Counted from the first letter of the stretch, positions 27,885-38,380 are shown. The stretch: 54,949 nt of DNA from Victivallales bacterium (GCA_031261965.1 JAISIP010000146.1:1-54949); one strand, 5' to 3'. Notes: generated by a model not told the origin, from the letters alone. Numbers and translations are program-made.

Positions 27885-30350
27885 ATGTTGAATAAAGAGT
27901 CTAAGTTATTCGTTCTGGCGATGATGCTCGGTGTCGGGTGCTTGCCGGGCAAGCTGGCGGCGGGTTCGTCAGATCCGGTCGTCACGCCTGAAATGCAAAT
28001 TTTGGGCAATCAGTATGATGTCGGCAGACAGTTGGTGGAGACCGAGGGCAACGCGCTGGTGGTGCGTGCCAACACGTTGCTGACCGAGAAGAAATTTGAG
28101 CAGGCGCGGGATTGTTATATCCAGGCGCAGAAAAAATTTGAGCAGTTCAGCACAAGCGCGTTTCGTGAGCGGGTCGCCTATTGTCAGCGGATGATCAAAC
28201 AAAGCTACATTGAGAAGGCGAGAGAGGCGATGCGAATCGCGGACGAACGCGTTCAGGTAAAGGATTTTGAAGAGGCGATCAAGCTTTGCGAAGAGGCGAT
28301 CAAGTATTGCCCGGAAGAGCGGGATTCGCTTCAAGCTAAAATCGCTTTTTACCAAAAACGGCAGAATGCCGCGACAATGCGCGATGATACTTCAAGGAGT
28401 AAACTTATGCCCAATTACTCCCGTGAGCAGTATGACATTCAAATTTTGCAGCAGCAGGGGCGTGAGCTTGCCAATGCGGGCGAATACACCAAGGCGTTGC
28501 GTAAATTTCAGGAAGTGCTGCTCATAGACCCGTACAATTCCGATACGTTGCAGAGTATTCTTGCAATCAATACGCTGATCGGTCGGGTTGGCAAGGAGCG
28601 GTTTGCCAACACGTTGCGCAAGATGGTTTCAGAGGTGAACTGGAAATTTGCAATTCCGATTACGCCGGATTCCGATGGAGAAGTCGGCACCGATTTGTTG
28701 ACCGGCGGCCCGGTGGCAAATATTGAAAAAGAAGAAAGTGCGTTGCAAAAGAAGCTTAATTCGATCATTATTCCGAAATTCGAGGTCGATGACTCTTCGC
28801 TCACGGCGGCAATCAAGTCTTTGCGCGATCTGAGCCGCTTAAATGACCCGGAGAAATTGGGGGTAAATATTCTTTTGCGTACAGCATCAACTCCTTCGGC
28901 ATCGACGGATGGTGTCGGAGCAAACCCAGGCGGCGAGCCGAATGCCGGCGGGAATCCCAACGAAGCTGGTGCGGACGCGCAAGTTGCAGCAGGGGACGCC
29001 GAGGGCGAAGCCGGTGCAATTGATGAGCAGCTTATTACGCTTTACATCAACAACCGTTCGGTTATGGATGTGATTGCCAATTTGTGCAGAGTCGCGAATA
29101 TGCGTTATCGGGTGGAGCAGTATGCGGTTGTCTTAGCCCCGCAAAATGTCGCCCTGGACGATATGGAAACCCGGATTTTCCCGGTGGAGCAAGGTGCGTT
29201 ATCTTCGATCAACGGTGGCGGCGAAGACCGCGAGGCGTTGAAAACCTTTTTTATCGAGCGTGGCGTGCCGTTTCCGATCGGTTCAAAGATCGTCTATGAC
29301 ACCCGCATTAGCCGATTGATTGTGACTAATACAGTGGAAAATTTGCGTACAATCGGAAATGTGATCAGTGAATCGCTGGATCAGCAGGAACCGATGGTGC
29401 AAGTGATGGTGAAATTTATTGAAATTTCTCAAACCGACCTAAAAGAGCTGGCGTTTAACTATCAATTGGCGATCAATAATCGCTCTGATCTGAGTCCCGA
29501 GGGGCATACGGTAAAGATGGGACCGAGTTCCAACGAGCTTTTGCGCTATTATCGTACGGATGGCGGCGGTCAGGCGACGGCGAGCAACCCGGTTACCGAC
29601 AGCACCTTTTCGTATGTGTGGGAAAACTCCGACGGCACGAAAGTGAGCGGCTCTATGTTCGCCTTGAATTGGGCTGACAGCGGCGATGTTTTGGCGTCGC
29701 CGCGGGTGACCACAGGGAATGGTCAACTTGCACATATTGAGATGGTCACTGAGCGTTATTTCCCGGAAGAGTGGACCACCGTGGATATGAAAGTGAGCGA
29801 TACCAACAGCAGCGGCGACTCCAATGACACTTCGTCGAGCTGGCGTACGACCCGCGCCGATCCGCAGCCGCAGTTTGAAGGCGAGGCACGCAAACTCGGT
29901 ATTATATTTGACATCACTCCTGAGATTGACCGGGATCGCCGCACAATCACAGCGGTGATTAATTTCCCGATCCAGACGTTTTCCGGCTGGATGGTGTTTG
30001 ACGCCCGGGCTCAAAGCGAAGACGGCGAGAGCGGCGATGACGACGAGTATTTTAAAATGCCGATTTTCGACCGGCGCGAAATTAACACCAAGATTACGGT
30101 CTATGACGGCGACACGGTGGTCTTAGGCGGGGTTGCGTCGGATAAGAGCACGGTGGTCTACGACAAGATCCCGGTATTGGGAGATCTGCCCTTTATCGGC
30201 CGCTTGTTTCAATCGCGCTACACCAGTGCCGAGAAACGCAATTTGCTGGTCTTTTTAACCTGCAAACTGGTCAAGCCGGATGGAACGCCGTTTTTCCCGC
30301 AAGAAGAACGGAATCGTGGAGTTCCGAAATTCGGGCAGAACTATTTCTAA
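27885..30350 (+). CDS. Secretin 2 (PilQ/GspD family, Amuc_1098-like)
   Basis: TPR-like N-terminus, QVMVKFIEI, LASPRVTT, KIPVLGDLPFIGRLF. Confidence 0.9.
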   Translation: MLNKESKLFVLAMMLGVGCLPGKLAAGSSDPVVTPEMQILGNQYDVGRQLVETEGNALVVRANTLLTEKKFEQARDCYIQAQKKFEQFSTSAFRERVAYCQRMIKQSYIEKAREAMRIADERVQVKDFEEAIKLCEEAIKYCPEERDSLQAKIAFYQKRQNAATMRDDTSRSKLMPNYSREQYDIQILQQQGRELANAGEYTKALRKFQEVLLIDPYNSDTLQSILAINTLIGRVGKERFANTLRKMVSEVNWKFAIPITPDSDGEVGTDLLTGGPVANIEKEESALQKKLNSIIIPKFEVDDSSLTAAIKSLRDLSRLNDPEKLGVNILLRTASTPSASTDGVGANPGGEPNAGGNPNEAGADAQVAAGDAEGEAGAIDEQLITLYINNRSVMDVIANLCRVANMRYRVEQYAVVLAPQNVALDDMETRIFPVEQGALSSINGGGEDREALKTFFIERGVPFPIGSKIVYDTRISRLIVTNTVENLRTIGNVISESLDQQEPMVQVMVKFIEISQTDLKELAFNYQLAINNRSDLSPEGHTVKMGPSSNELLRYYRTDGGGQATASNPVTDSTFSYVWENSDGTKVSGSMFALNWADSGDVLASPRVTTGNGQLAHIEMVTERYFPEEWTTVDMKVSDTNSSGDSNDTSSSWRTTRADPQPQFEGEARKLGIIFDITPEIDRDRRTITAVINFPIQTFSGWMVFDARAQSEDGESGDDDEYFKMPIFDRREINTKITVYDGDTVVLGGVASDKSTVVYDKIPVLGDLPFIGRLFQSRYTSAEKRNLLVFLTCKLVKPDGTPFFPQEERNRGVPKFGQNYF

Positions 30351-30373
30351 GAAATGCTGTCTGTGTGGTATTT

Positions 30374-30407
30374 CGCCCCGCTTTCAAAAGAGCGGGGTGT
30401 TTTTTTT
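30374..30407 (+). terminator. Intrinsic terminator of the pilus-like cluster
   Basis: cgccccgct..agcggggtg followed by T8. Confidence 0.8.
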
Positions 30408-30577
30408 GATAAAAGCGACACTATGAACGGCATATTCGCCATGAAATGCAAAAAATTATCGCTTTTATCGAAAAAAGAGTGGAAATTTTTTATTTAAAGT
30501 TTATCTTATGTGAGAAGAGTTATATAAGTAGGCGGTTTGTGAACTTTTCGGAGCTTTATTCAGGAGAAAGAAAGGCT

Positions 30578-31192
30578 ATGATGAAACATCTTTTCGGTTC
30601 GGCGCTCGTGCTCGCGGTTTTAGCGTTTTGTGGAGCGGGTTGCGGCGTCTTCAGCAACGAGACTCCGCCGGAAAACACGGTGGCGGTGGAAGAAGCGTAC
30701 GACGACCCGACTTTGCCGAGCAACAATACCGGGCTTGGCGGCAACCCCGGCAACCCGAACGCCTGGGTCGCGGGTGCCGATGACAATTTCGCCGCCGCCA
30801 CCGCCGACGCGGACGGCTGGGTCGAAGCCGACCCGACCGGAAACCGTTTGAATATGCCGGTGATCTATTTTGCTTACGATTCGGATGTTTTAGTGCCGTC
30901 CGAGCAGACGAATCTCGATCGTATCGCGCAATATCTAAAGGCGAATCCCTCTCTCGCGCTGTTGATTGAGGGGCATTGCGACCAGCGCGGCACCGAAGAG
31001 TACAACCGGGCGCTGGGTGAGCGTCGCGCCAATGCGATTCGGGCTTATCTTGCCGGTCGCGGCGTTGCCGATGCGCGGATGAAGACCCTCAGTTACGGCG
31101 AAGACAAGCCGTCGGTCGAGGGTTCGGGCGAAGCTGTTTGGGGTCAGAACCGCCGGGGCGTGCCGATCCCGATGAAAATGCCGCAACGTTGA
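30578..31192 (+). CDS. pal: Pal/OmpA-family peptidoglycan-associated lipoprotein
   Basis: GAGC lipobox-like site; IEGHCDQRGTEEYNRALGERRA, SYGEDKP, QNRR. Confidence 0.88.
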   Translation: MMKHLFGSALVLAVLAFCGAGCGVFSNETPPENTVAVEEAYDDPTLPSNNTGLGGNPGNPNAWVAGADDNFAAATADADGWVEADPTGNRLNMPVIYFAYDSDVLVPSEQTNLDRIAQYLKANPSLALLIEGHCDQRGTEEYNRALGERRANAIRAYLAGRGVADARMKTLSYGEDKPSVEGSGEAVWGQNRRGVPIPMKMPQR

Positions 31193-31232
31193 TGTCATTT
31201 TTAGCAACTTTATGAAAGTTACAATATTCGCT

Positions 31233-31266
31233 CGCCCGGTCGCTTGTGCGATCGGTCGGGCGTTTT
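31233..31266 (+). terminator. Probable terminator after pal
   Basis: cgcccg..cgggcg hairpin followed by tttt. Confidence 0.55.
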
Positions 31267-31335
31267 GTGTCTGAACATGATAAAAATAAACAACAGGGCT
31301 ATTAGCTCTATACTCAAGATCAGGAGTTTGTACTT

Positions 31336-32532
31336 ATGAGTAAGATTCGTGCCGACCATGTTTTTACCTCGGAATCCGTTTCGGAGGGTCATCCGGATAA
31401 AGTATGCGACCAGATTTCCGACGCTATTCTCGACGCTTGTTTGTCGCAAGATCCCGACAGCCGGGTGGCGTGCGAAACGCTGACGACCACCAATCTGGTC
31501 GTTATCTCCGGCGAAATTACCACTCACGCCAAAATCAATTGGCAGGAGGTCGCACTCAATGCGATCCGCAAGATCGGTTACAATGTTCACGGAGTCGGGT
31601 TTTGCGCCGACGACGCCAAAGTGATGGTTTGCGTCCACAAGCAGTCGCCGGATATTTCGCAAGGTGTGACCGAGGGTCAGGGGCTTTTTACAGAGCAGGG
31701 AGCGGGCGATCAGGGTATGATGTTCGGCTATGCGTCGAGCGAGACCCCGGCGTTTATGCCCGCGCCGATTTACTATGCGCATAAAATCGTCGAAGAGCTG
31801 GCGCGTTTGCGCCATACCGAGCCGGAGAAGTACCGCTTTTTGCGACCGGACTCCAAAAGCCAGGTTTCGATTCGCTACTCCAACGGCAAGCCGGTCGCGC
31901 TGACCGCGGTGGTGGTTTCACATCAACATACGCCTGATATGGAGATCAAATGGCTGGAAGAGCTGGTACGCGAAGTGGTAAAAAAAGTCGTTCCCGCGGA
32001 GTTGCTCAACGACAGAATCGTCTATTACGTGAATCCGACCGGGCGTTTTGAAATCGGCGGTCCGCACGGCGATACCGGGTTGACCGGCCGCAAAATCATC
32101 GTCGATACTTACGGCGGGGTCGGCAGTCACGGCGGCGGCGCGTTTTCCGGCAAAGACCCTTCCAAGGTCGATCGTTCGGCGGCCTATATGTGCCGCTACA
32201 TCGCCAAGAATATCGTTGCGGCGGGTCTGGCGGAAAAGTGTGAAATTCAAGTCGCCTACGCGATCGGGGTGGCGGAGCCGCTTTCGATCAATGTGGACAC
32301 TTACGGAACCGGAAAACTCAACAACGACAAAGATTTGGAAAAAGTCATCCGGCAGGTTTTCAGCCTGAAACCGGCGGGGATCATCGAGACTCTCGGACTA
32401 AAGAAACCCGGCAACGGCTGGTGCTACGCCGATACGGCGGCTTACGGACACTTCGGGCGGCCGCAATTTCCGTGGGAAAAGACCGACAAAGTCGATGAAT
32501 TAAAAGCGGCCGCCAGAGAGTACGCAAAGTAA
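31336..32532 (+). CDS. metK: S-adenosylmethionine synthetase
   Basis: [28 protein letters not shown]. Confidence 0.98.
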   Translation: MSKIRADHVFTSESVSEGHPDKVCDQISDAILDACLSQDPDSRVACETLTTTNLVVISGEITTHAKINWQEVALNAIRKIGYNVHGVGFCADDAKVMVCVHKQSPDISQGVTEGQGLFTEQGAGDQGMMFGYASSETPAFMPAPIYYAHKIVEELARLRHTEPEKYRFLRPDSKSQVSIRYSNGKPVALTAVVVSHQHTPDMEIKWLEELVREVVKKVVPAELLNDRIVYYVNPTGRFEIGGPHGDTGLTGRKIIVDTYGGVGSHGGGAFSGKDPSKVDRSAAYMCRYIAKNIVAAGLAEKCEIQVAYAIGVAEPLSINVDTYGTGKLNNDKDLEKVIRQVFSLKPAGIIETLGLKKPGNGWCYADTAAYGHFGRPQFPWEKTDKVDELKAAAREYAK

Positions 32533-32534
32533 GT

Positions 32535-33542
32535 ATGGGAATTCTGAACGGACGCAACAGCACCCAGGGCGGAGAATTTCGGTTGCTCGGTGTCGGTTCG
32601 CCGCTGCTGGATATACTTGTTCCGGTCGATGAAAAGTTCCTCGGTACGATTCCGGGGGAAAAGGGCGGAATGATGATGGTCGATGCGGCGTTTCAGCAGT
32701 CGGTACTCGACCGCCTGCCGGTGGAGCCGCGTTTAGTGCCGGGCGGTTCGGCGGGCAATACGGTTTTCGCCTTGGCGTTGCTCGGTGTGCCGACTGCGAT
32801 GTTCGGCAAGCTCGGCAATGACGGCAACGGGCGGTTTTACCGCGAAAAATTGCGCGAATTCGGCGGTTCGGACGAAGAGTTTTTGACCACGGCGGAAATG
32901 CCCACCGGGACATGTTTGTCGATGATTACGCCCGACGCGGAGCGGACGATGCGTTCGGCACTGGCGGCATCGTTGCTGGTCAGTGTCGCCGAGGCGGAGG
33001 CGGTCGATTACGGCAAGTACGATTTTGTTTATATCGAAGGATATATGTTTTACTCGGCGATTATGCCGACCGTGTTGCGCAAAGCGAAAGCGGCGGGTTG
33101 CAAGATCGGGCTTGATTTGGCGAGTTTTGAGGTGGTACGCGACTTTAAGACGGGTTTGACCGATATTCTCAAAGATTACATCGATGTGATTATGGCGAAC
33201 CGGGAAGAAGCCACAATGCTGTTTGGCGACATTCCGCTAAATGAACAGCTTAGACAGCTTTCGCAAATGTGCGAAGTTGTCGCGATTAAGCTCGGAAAAG
33301 AGGGTGCGGTGGTCAAGCACGGCGAAGAAACCGTGCAAGTTCCCGCCGAATTGGTGGAACACCCGGTTGATACCACCGGGGCGGGCGATCTTTGGGCGAC
33401 CGGCTTTCTCTACGGTCTTTATCGCGAAAAAAGCTTGTCGGAAGCTGCGTTTTACGGTTCGCTGATTAGTTCGGAGGTGGTCAAGGTGGTCGGCTCCGAA
33501 ATCCCTGAGGAACGTTGGAGCTATATTAAAGGGAACCTTTAG
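32535..33542 (+). CDS. PfkB-family kinase, probable adenosine kinase
   Basis: GGSAGNT and DTTGAGD; lies between metK and ahcY. Confidence 0.85.
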   Translation: MGILNGRNSTQGGEFRLLGVGSPLLDILVPVDEKFLGTIPGEKGGMMMVDAAFQQSVLDRLPVEPRLVPGGSAGNTVFALALLGVPTAMFGKLGNDGNGRFYREKLREFGGSDEEFLTTAEMPTGTCLSMITPDAERTMRSALAASLLVSVAEAEAVDYGKYDFVYIEGYMFYSAIMPTVLRKAKAAGCKIGLDLASFEVVRDFKTGLTDILKDYIDVIMANREEATMLFGDIPLNEQLRQLSQMCEVVAIKLGKEGAVVKHGEETVQVPAELVEHPVDTTGAGDLWATGFLYGLYREKSLSEAAFYGSLISSEVVKVVGSEIPEERWSYIKGNL

Positions 33543-33551
33543 AGGTAGCCT
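33530..33551. repeat. Collapsed MITE remnant (two ends fused)
   Basis: agggaacct + ttagaggtagcct; includes the PfkB gene stop codon. Confidence 0.55.
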
Positions 33552-33581
33552 AAAAACGGATGCAAAAAAGGAATAGAATCG

Positions 33582-34988
33582 ATGGATTATAAAGTTAAAG
33601 ATATTACCTTGGCGGATTTCGGTCGCAAAGAGATTGAAATCGCCGAGCAGGAGATGCCTGGACTGATGGCGACCCGGGCAAAGTACGGTCCGTTGCAGCC
33701 GCTTGCCGGGGTGAAAATCATGGGCAGTTTGCATATGACGATTCAAACCGCCGTGCTGATTGAGACTTTAAAAGCCCTGGGTGCAAATGTGCGTTGGGCC
33801 AGTTGCAATATTTTTTCGACCCAGGATCACGCAGCGGCGGCGATCGCGGCGACCGGAGTCCCGGTGTTTGCCTGGAAAGGCGAAACTCTTGAGGAGTACT
33901 GGGACTGCACGCTTCGAGCGTTAACCTGGTCGGACGGCTCCGGTCCGGATCAGATCGTCGATGACGGCGGGGATGCGACTTTGTTGATTCATCGCGGGGT
34001 GGCGGCGGAAAACGATGCGTCGATTCTCGATGTGCCGACCGAAGTGACCGAGTTGAAGATCATCAACGCGTTGCTCAAAAAATCACTCAAAGAAGATGCG
34101 CAACATTGGCATAAAGTCGCCAAAAATGTCAAGGGGGTTTCGGAAGAGACCACCACCGGGGTGCATCGCTTGCTTCAAATGCAGGCCAAAGGCGAACTGC
34201 TGTTCCCGGCGATCAACGTCAACGACTCGGTGACCAAAAGCAAATTCGACAATATTTACGGTTGCCGTCACAGCTTGACCGACGGTATTAAGCGAGCCTT
34301 AGATGTAATGCTTTCGGGTAAGACGGTTATGGTTTGCGGCTATGGTGATGTGGGCAAAGGTTGCGCCGAAGCGTTGCACAACGAACGCGCCCGGGTGATG
34401 GTGAGCGAGATCGACCCGATTTGCGCATTGCAGGCGTGTATGGCGGGATTTCAGGTCTGCACGGTCGAAGACGCGTTGCCTTATGCCGATTTGTATGTCA
34501 CAACCACCGGGAATTGCCGGATTATCAGTGCCGAGCATATGGCAAAGATGAAAGACCAGGCGATCGTCTGCAACATCGGTCATTTTGACGATGAAATTGA
34601 GGTTGCCAAACTTGAGAGTTATCCCGGGGTTAAAAAGACGGTGATCAAAGGCAGCGAATGCCCGGTGAGTCGTTTTACCTTTGCCGACGGGCATAGTATT
34701 TATTTGTTAGCCGAGGGAAGACTGGTGAATTTAGGTTGTGCCACCGGGCATCCCTCGTTTGTGATGTCAAACAGTTTTACCAATCAGACGCTGGCGCAGA
34801 TCGACATTGCCCGCAATGCGGGGCGTGCCGTCGGGGTTTATTTAATTGAGAAGAAGTTGGATGAGGAAGTGGCGCGGCTTCACCTCGATAAGCTTGGCGC
34901 GAAGTTGACCAAACTTACGCCGGAGCAAGCGGAATATATCGGTGTTGCAGTGGACGGACCGTATAAGCCGGAGAGTTATCGCTATTAG
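33582..34988 (+). CDS. ahcY: Adenosylhomocysteinase
   Basis: [37 protein letters not shown]. Confidence 0.98.
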   Translation: MDYKVKDITLADFGRKEIEIAEQEMPGLMATRAKYGPLQPLAGVKIMGSLHMTIQTAVLIETLKALGANVRWASCNIFSTQDHAAAAIAATGVPVFAWKGETLEEYWDCTLRALTWSDGSGPDQIVDDGGDATLLIHRGVAAENDASILDVPTEVTELKIINALLKKSLKEDAQHWHKVAKNVKGVSEETTTGVHRLLQMQAKGELLFPAINVNDSVTKSKFDNIYGCRHSLTDGIKRALDVMLSGKTVMVCGYGDVGKGCAEALHNERARVMVSEIDPICALQACMAGFQVCTVEDALPYADLYVTTTGNCRIISAEHMAKMKDQAIVCNIGHFDDEIEVAKLESYPGVKKTVIKGSECPVSRFTFADGHSIYLLAEGRLVNLGCATGHPSFVMSNSFTNQTLAQIDIARNAGRAVGVYLIEKKLDEEVARLHLDKLGAKLTKLTPEQAEYIGVAVDGPYKPESYRY

Positions 34989-35014
34989 CTCAGGAGAGAG
35001 AAAATATGGAATTT

Positions 35015-35183
35015 AGGATACCTCTAAAAACTGGAAACTTGGCTAAAAACAGCATCTCGCATTCGTATGCACGACCTTGCGCATATCCGGTTAACTCCAT
35101 GTTAGCCCGATATTTGCAAAATCGCACATCCAAATTGCGAATATGCCGATTTTTTATCTCAAGCCAGTTTTTTGAGATACCCT
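35015..35183 (+). mobile_element. Palindromic MITE-like repeat, copy 3
   Basis: aggatacctctaaaaact...agttttttgagataccct. Confidence 0.85.
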
Positions 35184-35324
35184 TTACCAAACACGTTGCA
35201 AGAGGAATCCCCCGCGTCACCGACGCGGGCGTAACTAATATGCTTTAGGCGACCTCTAACGAAAGACTGTTTTTATAGGTATTCTGTAGATAAAAATCCT
35301 GTAACATAAAGAATTATAAACATT

Positions 35325-37055
35325 ATGAGTGATTATCCTTTGGAGACGATTCGTCACAGCGCGTCGCACATTATGGCGGCGGCGGTGCAAAAACTTTATC
35401 CAGACGCGAAATTTGACATCGGTCCGGCGACCGAAAACGGCTTCTATTACGACTTTGATATGGAGCATCGTTTGGTCAACGAAGATCTCAAAGAGATCGA
35501 AAAACAGATGAAAAAACTGATCGGGCGCAAGTTGCCGTTTGAGCACTTTGAACTCTCCCGCGACGAGGCGGAAAAATTGCTCAAGGCAGCGAATCAACCC
35601 TACAAGCTTGAGCGGCTTGCCGATATTCCCGCCGGGGAAAAGATCGGTTTTTACAAAACCGGGGATTTTGTCGATCTCTGCCGGGGACCGCATGTGGCGA
35701 ATTCCGGCGATATTGGCGCGGTAAAGCTGCTCTCGATCGCCGGGAGTTACTTTCGCGGAGACGAAAAAAACAAGATGCTTCAACGCATTTACGGCACGGC
35801 TTTTGCCAGCGAAGCTGACCTGAAAGAGCATGTCCGTTTGCAGGAAGAGGCGGCGAAACGGGATCACCGTAAACTTGGACAGGAGCTTGATTTATTCAGT
35901 TTCTCCGACAACGTCGGTCCGGGCTTGGTGCTTTGGCACCCCAAGGGGGCGTTTATCCGCCATACCTTTGAGACGTTTTGGAAAGAGGAGCATTACAAGA
36001 ACGGTTACCAGTTGCTCTACACTCCGCATATTGGGCAAAGCGTGCTTTGGGAGACCAGCGGACACCTTGACTTTTACAAGGAAGGGATGTACGCCCCGAT
36101 GCAAATCGACGAAAAAGACTACTATGTCAAGCCGATGAACTGCCCGTTCCATATCGAAGTTTACCAGTCGCGTTTGCGTTCATATCGCGAGTTGCCGTTG
36201 CGCTGGGCGGAGCTGGGGACGGTTTACCGTTATGAGAAGTCCGGCGCATTGCACGGGTTGTTGCGGGTTCGCGGCTTCACTCAAGATGATGCCCATATCG
36301 TCTGCACGCCGGAGCAAATCGAAGATGAAATCGCCGAAGTGTTGCGTTTTAGCTTGCATATCTGGAAGAGTTTTGGCTTCAGCGAAATCAAGCCGTATTT
36401 GTCTACCCGTCCCGCCAAAGCGGTGGGCGAGCCGGAGCGGTGGGAAAAGGCGATAAATTCGCTTCAAAAAGCGATCGATAAACTCGGTTTGGAGTGTGAA
36501 GTCGATGCCGGCGGCGGTGCGTTTTACGGCCCCAAGATCGATTTAAAGGTCAAAGACGCGATCGGTCGGGAGTGGCAAACCGCGACGATACAGTTCGACT
36601 TTAATTTGCCGGAACGGTTCGATATGACCTATATCGGCGAAGACGGCAAAAAGCATCGTCCGTTTGTGGTGCATCGGGCGTTGATGGGGTCGTTGGAACG
36701 GTTCTTCGGCATTTTGATTGAGCAGTACGCCGGGGCGTTCCCGATGTGGTTGGCTCCGGAGCAGGCGCGAATTTTGCCGGTTTCGGAGAAATTGCTCGAT
36801 TACGCCAAAAAGCTGGAAAGTTCGTTGCGTCAACAGGGGTTCCGAGTCGAAACCGACACCCGCGCCTCCAGCCTCGGAGCAAAGATCAAAGATGCCCGCA
36901 ACGAACGCGTTCCGTATCTGTTAGTTGTCGGCGAACGCGAGGCGGAAGAAGGTACGATCGCCGTCAGAAATCGTCGGGAAGGCGAGCTTGGAACGCTTTC
37001 TTGTGAACAACTTGCGGAAAAAATGCGTTACGAGGTTGAAAATAAAATTGTTTGA
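35325..37055 (+). CDS. thrS: Threonine--tRNA ligase (no N-terminal TGS domain)
   Basis: RHSASH, DLCRGPH, KPMNCP, RVRGFTQDDAH, FYGPKID. Confidence 0.98.
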   Translation: MSDYPLETIRHSASHIMAAAVQKLYPDAKFDIGPATENGFYYDFDMEHRLVNEDLKEIEKQMKKLIGRKLPFEHFELSRDEAEKLLKAANQPYKLERLADIPAGEKIGFYKTGDFVDLCRGPHVANSGDIGAVKLLSIAGSYFRGDEKNKMLQRIYGTAFASEADLKEHVRLQEEAAKRDHRKLGQELDLFSFSDNVGPGLVLWHPKGAFIRHTFETFWKEEHYKNGYQLLYTPHIGQSVLWETSGHLDFYKEGMYAPMQIDEKDYYVKPMNCPFHIEVYQSRLRSYRELPLRWAELGTVYRYEKSGALHGLLRVRGFTQDDAHIVCTPEQIEDEIAEVLRFSLHIWKSFGFSEIKPYLSTRPAKAVGEPERWEKAINSLQKAIDKLGLECEVDAGGGAFYGPKIDLKVKDAIGREWQTATIQFDFNLPERFDMTYIGEDGKKHRPFVVHRALMGSLERFFGILIEQYAGAFPMWLAPEQARILPVSEKLLDYAKKLESSLRQQGFRVETDTRASSLGAKIKDARNERVPYLLVVGEREAEEGTIAVRNRREGELGTLSCEQLAEKMRYEVENKIV

Positions 37056-37106
37056 AGTATTGTATAGGCATAGCATAAAAATGATTACTGGAAGGAGGGT
37101 ATCGCT

Positions 37107-37616
37107 ATTGCTAAGTTGTTGAAACCCAATGATCGCACATTCACCGCCAACGAGGTTCGTCTGATTGGCCCGGAGGGTGAACAACTGGATGTGGTATCGC
37201 TGGCGAAAGCACGTGATCTGGCGCATGATGCCGGGTTGGATCTGGTTTTGGTGTCAGATCGCTCCACGCCGCCGGTGGTTCGCATTATGAATTTTGGCAA
37301 ACTTCAGTATGAGCAGAAGAAAAATCTGAAGGCGCAACGCAAAAATTCCGCCGCTCAAAAGCAGAAGGAAGTCAAATTTCATGTGAACATCGATAGTCAT
37401 GATTATGAAACAAAAATCAAACACGCGCTTGACTTTTTGAATAAAGGGTGTAGATTAAAGGTCACTCTGGCTCTTCGCGGTCGTGAAATGGCTCATCAGG
37501 ATCTGGCATTCCAGCTGATGGATCAAGTTATGTCCGAGTTGACTCCCCATGCGGAAGCCGATGGTAAGCCGAAGATGTTAGGGCGAAATATTTCAGTGAA
37601 TTTCGCTCCCAAATAA
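37107..37616 (+). CDS. infC: Translation initiation factor IF-3, probable ATT start
   Basis: EVRLIG..GLDLVLVS..PPVVRIM; in-frame ATT 8 nt after GGAGG. Confidence 0.93.
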   Translation: MAKLLKPNDRTFTANEVRLIGPEGEQLDVVSLAKARDLAHDAGLDLVLVSDRSTPPVVRIMNFGKLQYEQKKNLKAQRKNSAAQKQKEVKFHVNIDSHDYETKIKHALDFLNKGCRLKVTLALRGREMAHQDLAFQLMDQVMSELTPHAEADGKPKMLGRNISVNFAPK

Positions 37617-37706
37617 GGGGGGGGGTGAATTGGGTGCGTCGCAGCCGGTGGAGCATTGACCGGCTCGGCGAAAAGCAATCCTTAATGTAGTATGGAAGGA
37701 ATAACA

Positions 37707-37907
37707 ATGCCGAAGCTAAAGACCAGAAAATGTGCCGCAAAACGGCTCAAGCAGACCGGGACCGGGAAGTTCCGGCATCACAAGGCGGGTGCCCGACATT
37801 TGAAGTCGTCCAAGAACGCCAAACGCCGTCGTCGTCTCCGTCAGGACGGAGCAGTGAAATCGACCGAAATGGGGCGGATCAAAGCCGCGCTCCCCTACGG
37901 TCTGTAA
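37707..37907 (+). CDS. rpmI: 50S ribosomal protein L35
   Basis: MPKLKTRKCAAKR..TGTGK; between infC and rplT. Confidence 0.95.
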   Translation: MPKLKTRKCAAKRLKQTGTGKFRHHKAGARHLKSSKNAKRRRRLRQDGAVKSTEMGRIKAALPYGL

Positions 37908-37931
37908 CTTTAAAACGACGGAGGAATCAAT

Positions 37932-38282
37932 ATGTCGAGAGTAACTTATGCCGTGCCGTCGCGCAAGCGTCGCAAACGTACCCTGGAGCGGGCGAAGGGT
38001 TTCTACGGGAATTCGAGCAAGAACATTCGTACCGTGTACGATGCCGTCGATAAGGCGGGAGTCCATTCCTATAAGGGTCGCAAGCAAAAGAAACAGCAAT
38101 ATCGCGGACTTTGGATTGTGCGTATCAACGCCGCCTGCCGGGAATTGAATGTGAATTACAGCAAGTTTATGAACGGTCTGAAAAAGGCGAACATTGATTT
38201 GAACCGCAAGGTTCTCGCCGATTTAGCGGTCAACGAACCTGCGGAGTTTAAAGCTTTGGTGGAAAAAGTCACCCAAGCTTAA
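37932..38282 (+). CDS. rplT: 50S ribosomal protein L20
   Basis: AKGFYG, LWIVRINAA, LNRKVLADLA. Confidence 0.97.
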   Translation: MSRVTYAVPSRKRRKRTLERAKGFYGNSSKNIRTVYDAVDKAGVHSYKGRKQKKQQYRGLWIVRINAACRELNVNYSKFMNGLKKANIDLNRKVLADLAVNEPAEFKALVEKVTQA

Positions 38283-38302
38283 GGCTTGCAATATATGCTT
38301 AT

Positions 38303-38355
38303 ACAGCTTGGAGATGGTGGCTTTTTCACCGGCTTCAAGCTGTTTTTGCTTTTTT
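38303..38355 (+). terminator. Terminator after rplT
   Basis: acagcttg..caagctgt stem followed by T-rich tail. Confidence 0.6.
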
Positions 38356-38380
38356 ACAAGATTCAGGGACATAATAATCT

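Noticed and set aside
31193-31335. SAM riboswitch before metK
   Set aside because: No SAM-I or SAM-II core recognised; the hairpin fits a pal terminator.
34990-35248. ORFs 35006-35248 (+) and 34990-35220 (-), and an open frame through the MITE
   Set aside because: They read through MITE copy 3. An open frame of about 55 codons among six frames is plausible by chance, and copy 1 has a stop near its end.
35184-35324. T-box before thrS, or an IS200/IS605-type end at gaatcccccgcgtcaccgacgcggg
   Set aside because: No T-box consensus; only one short hairpin and no tnpA/tnpB gene.
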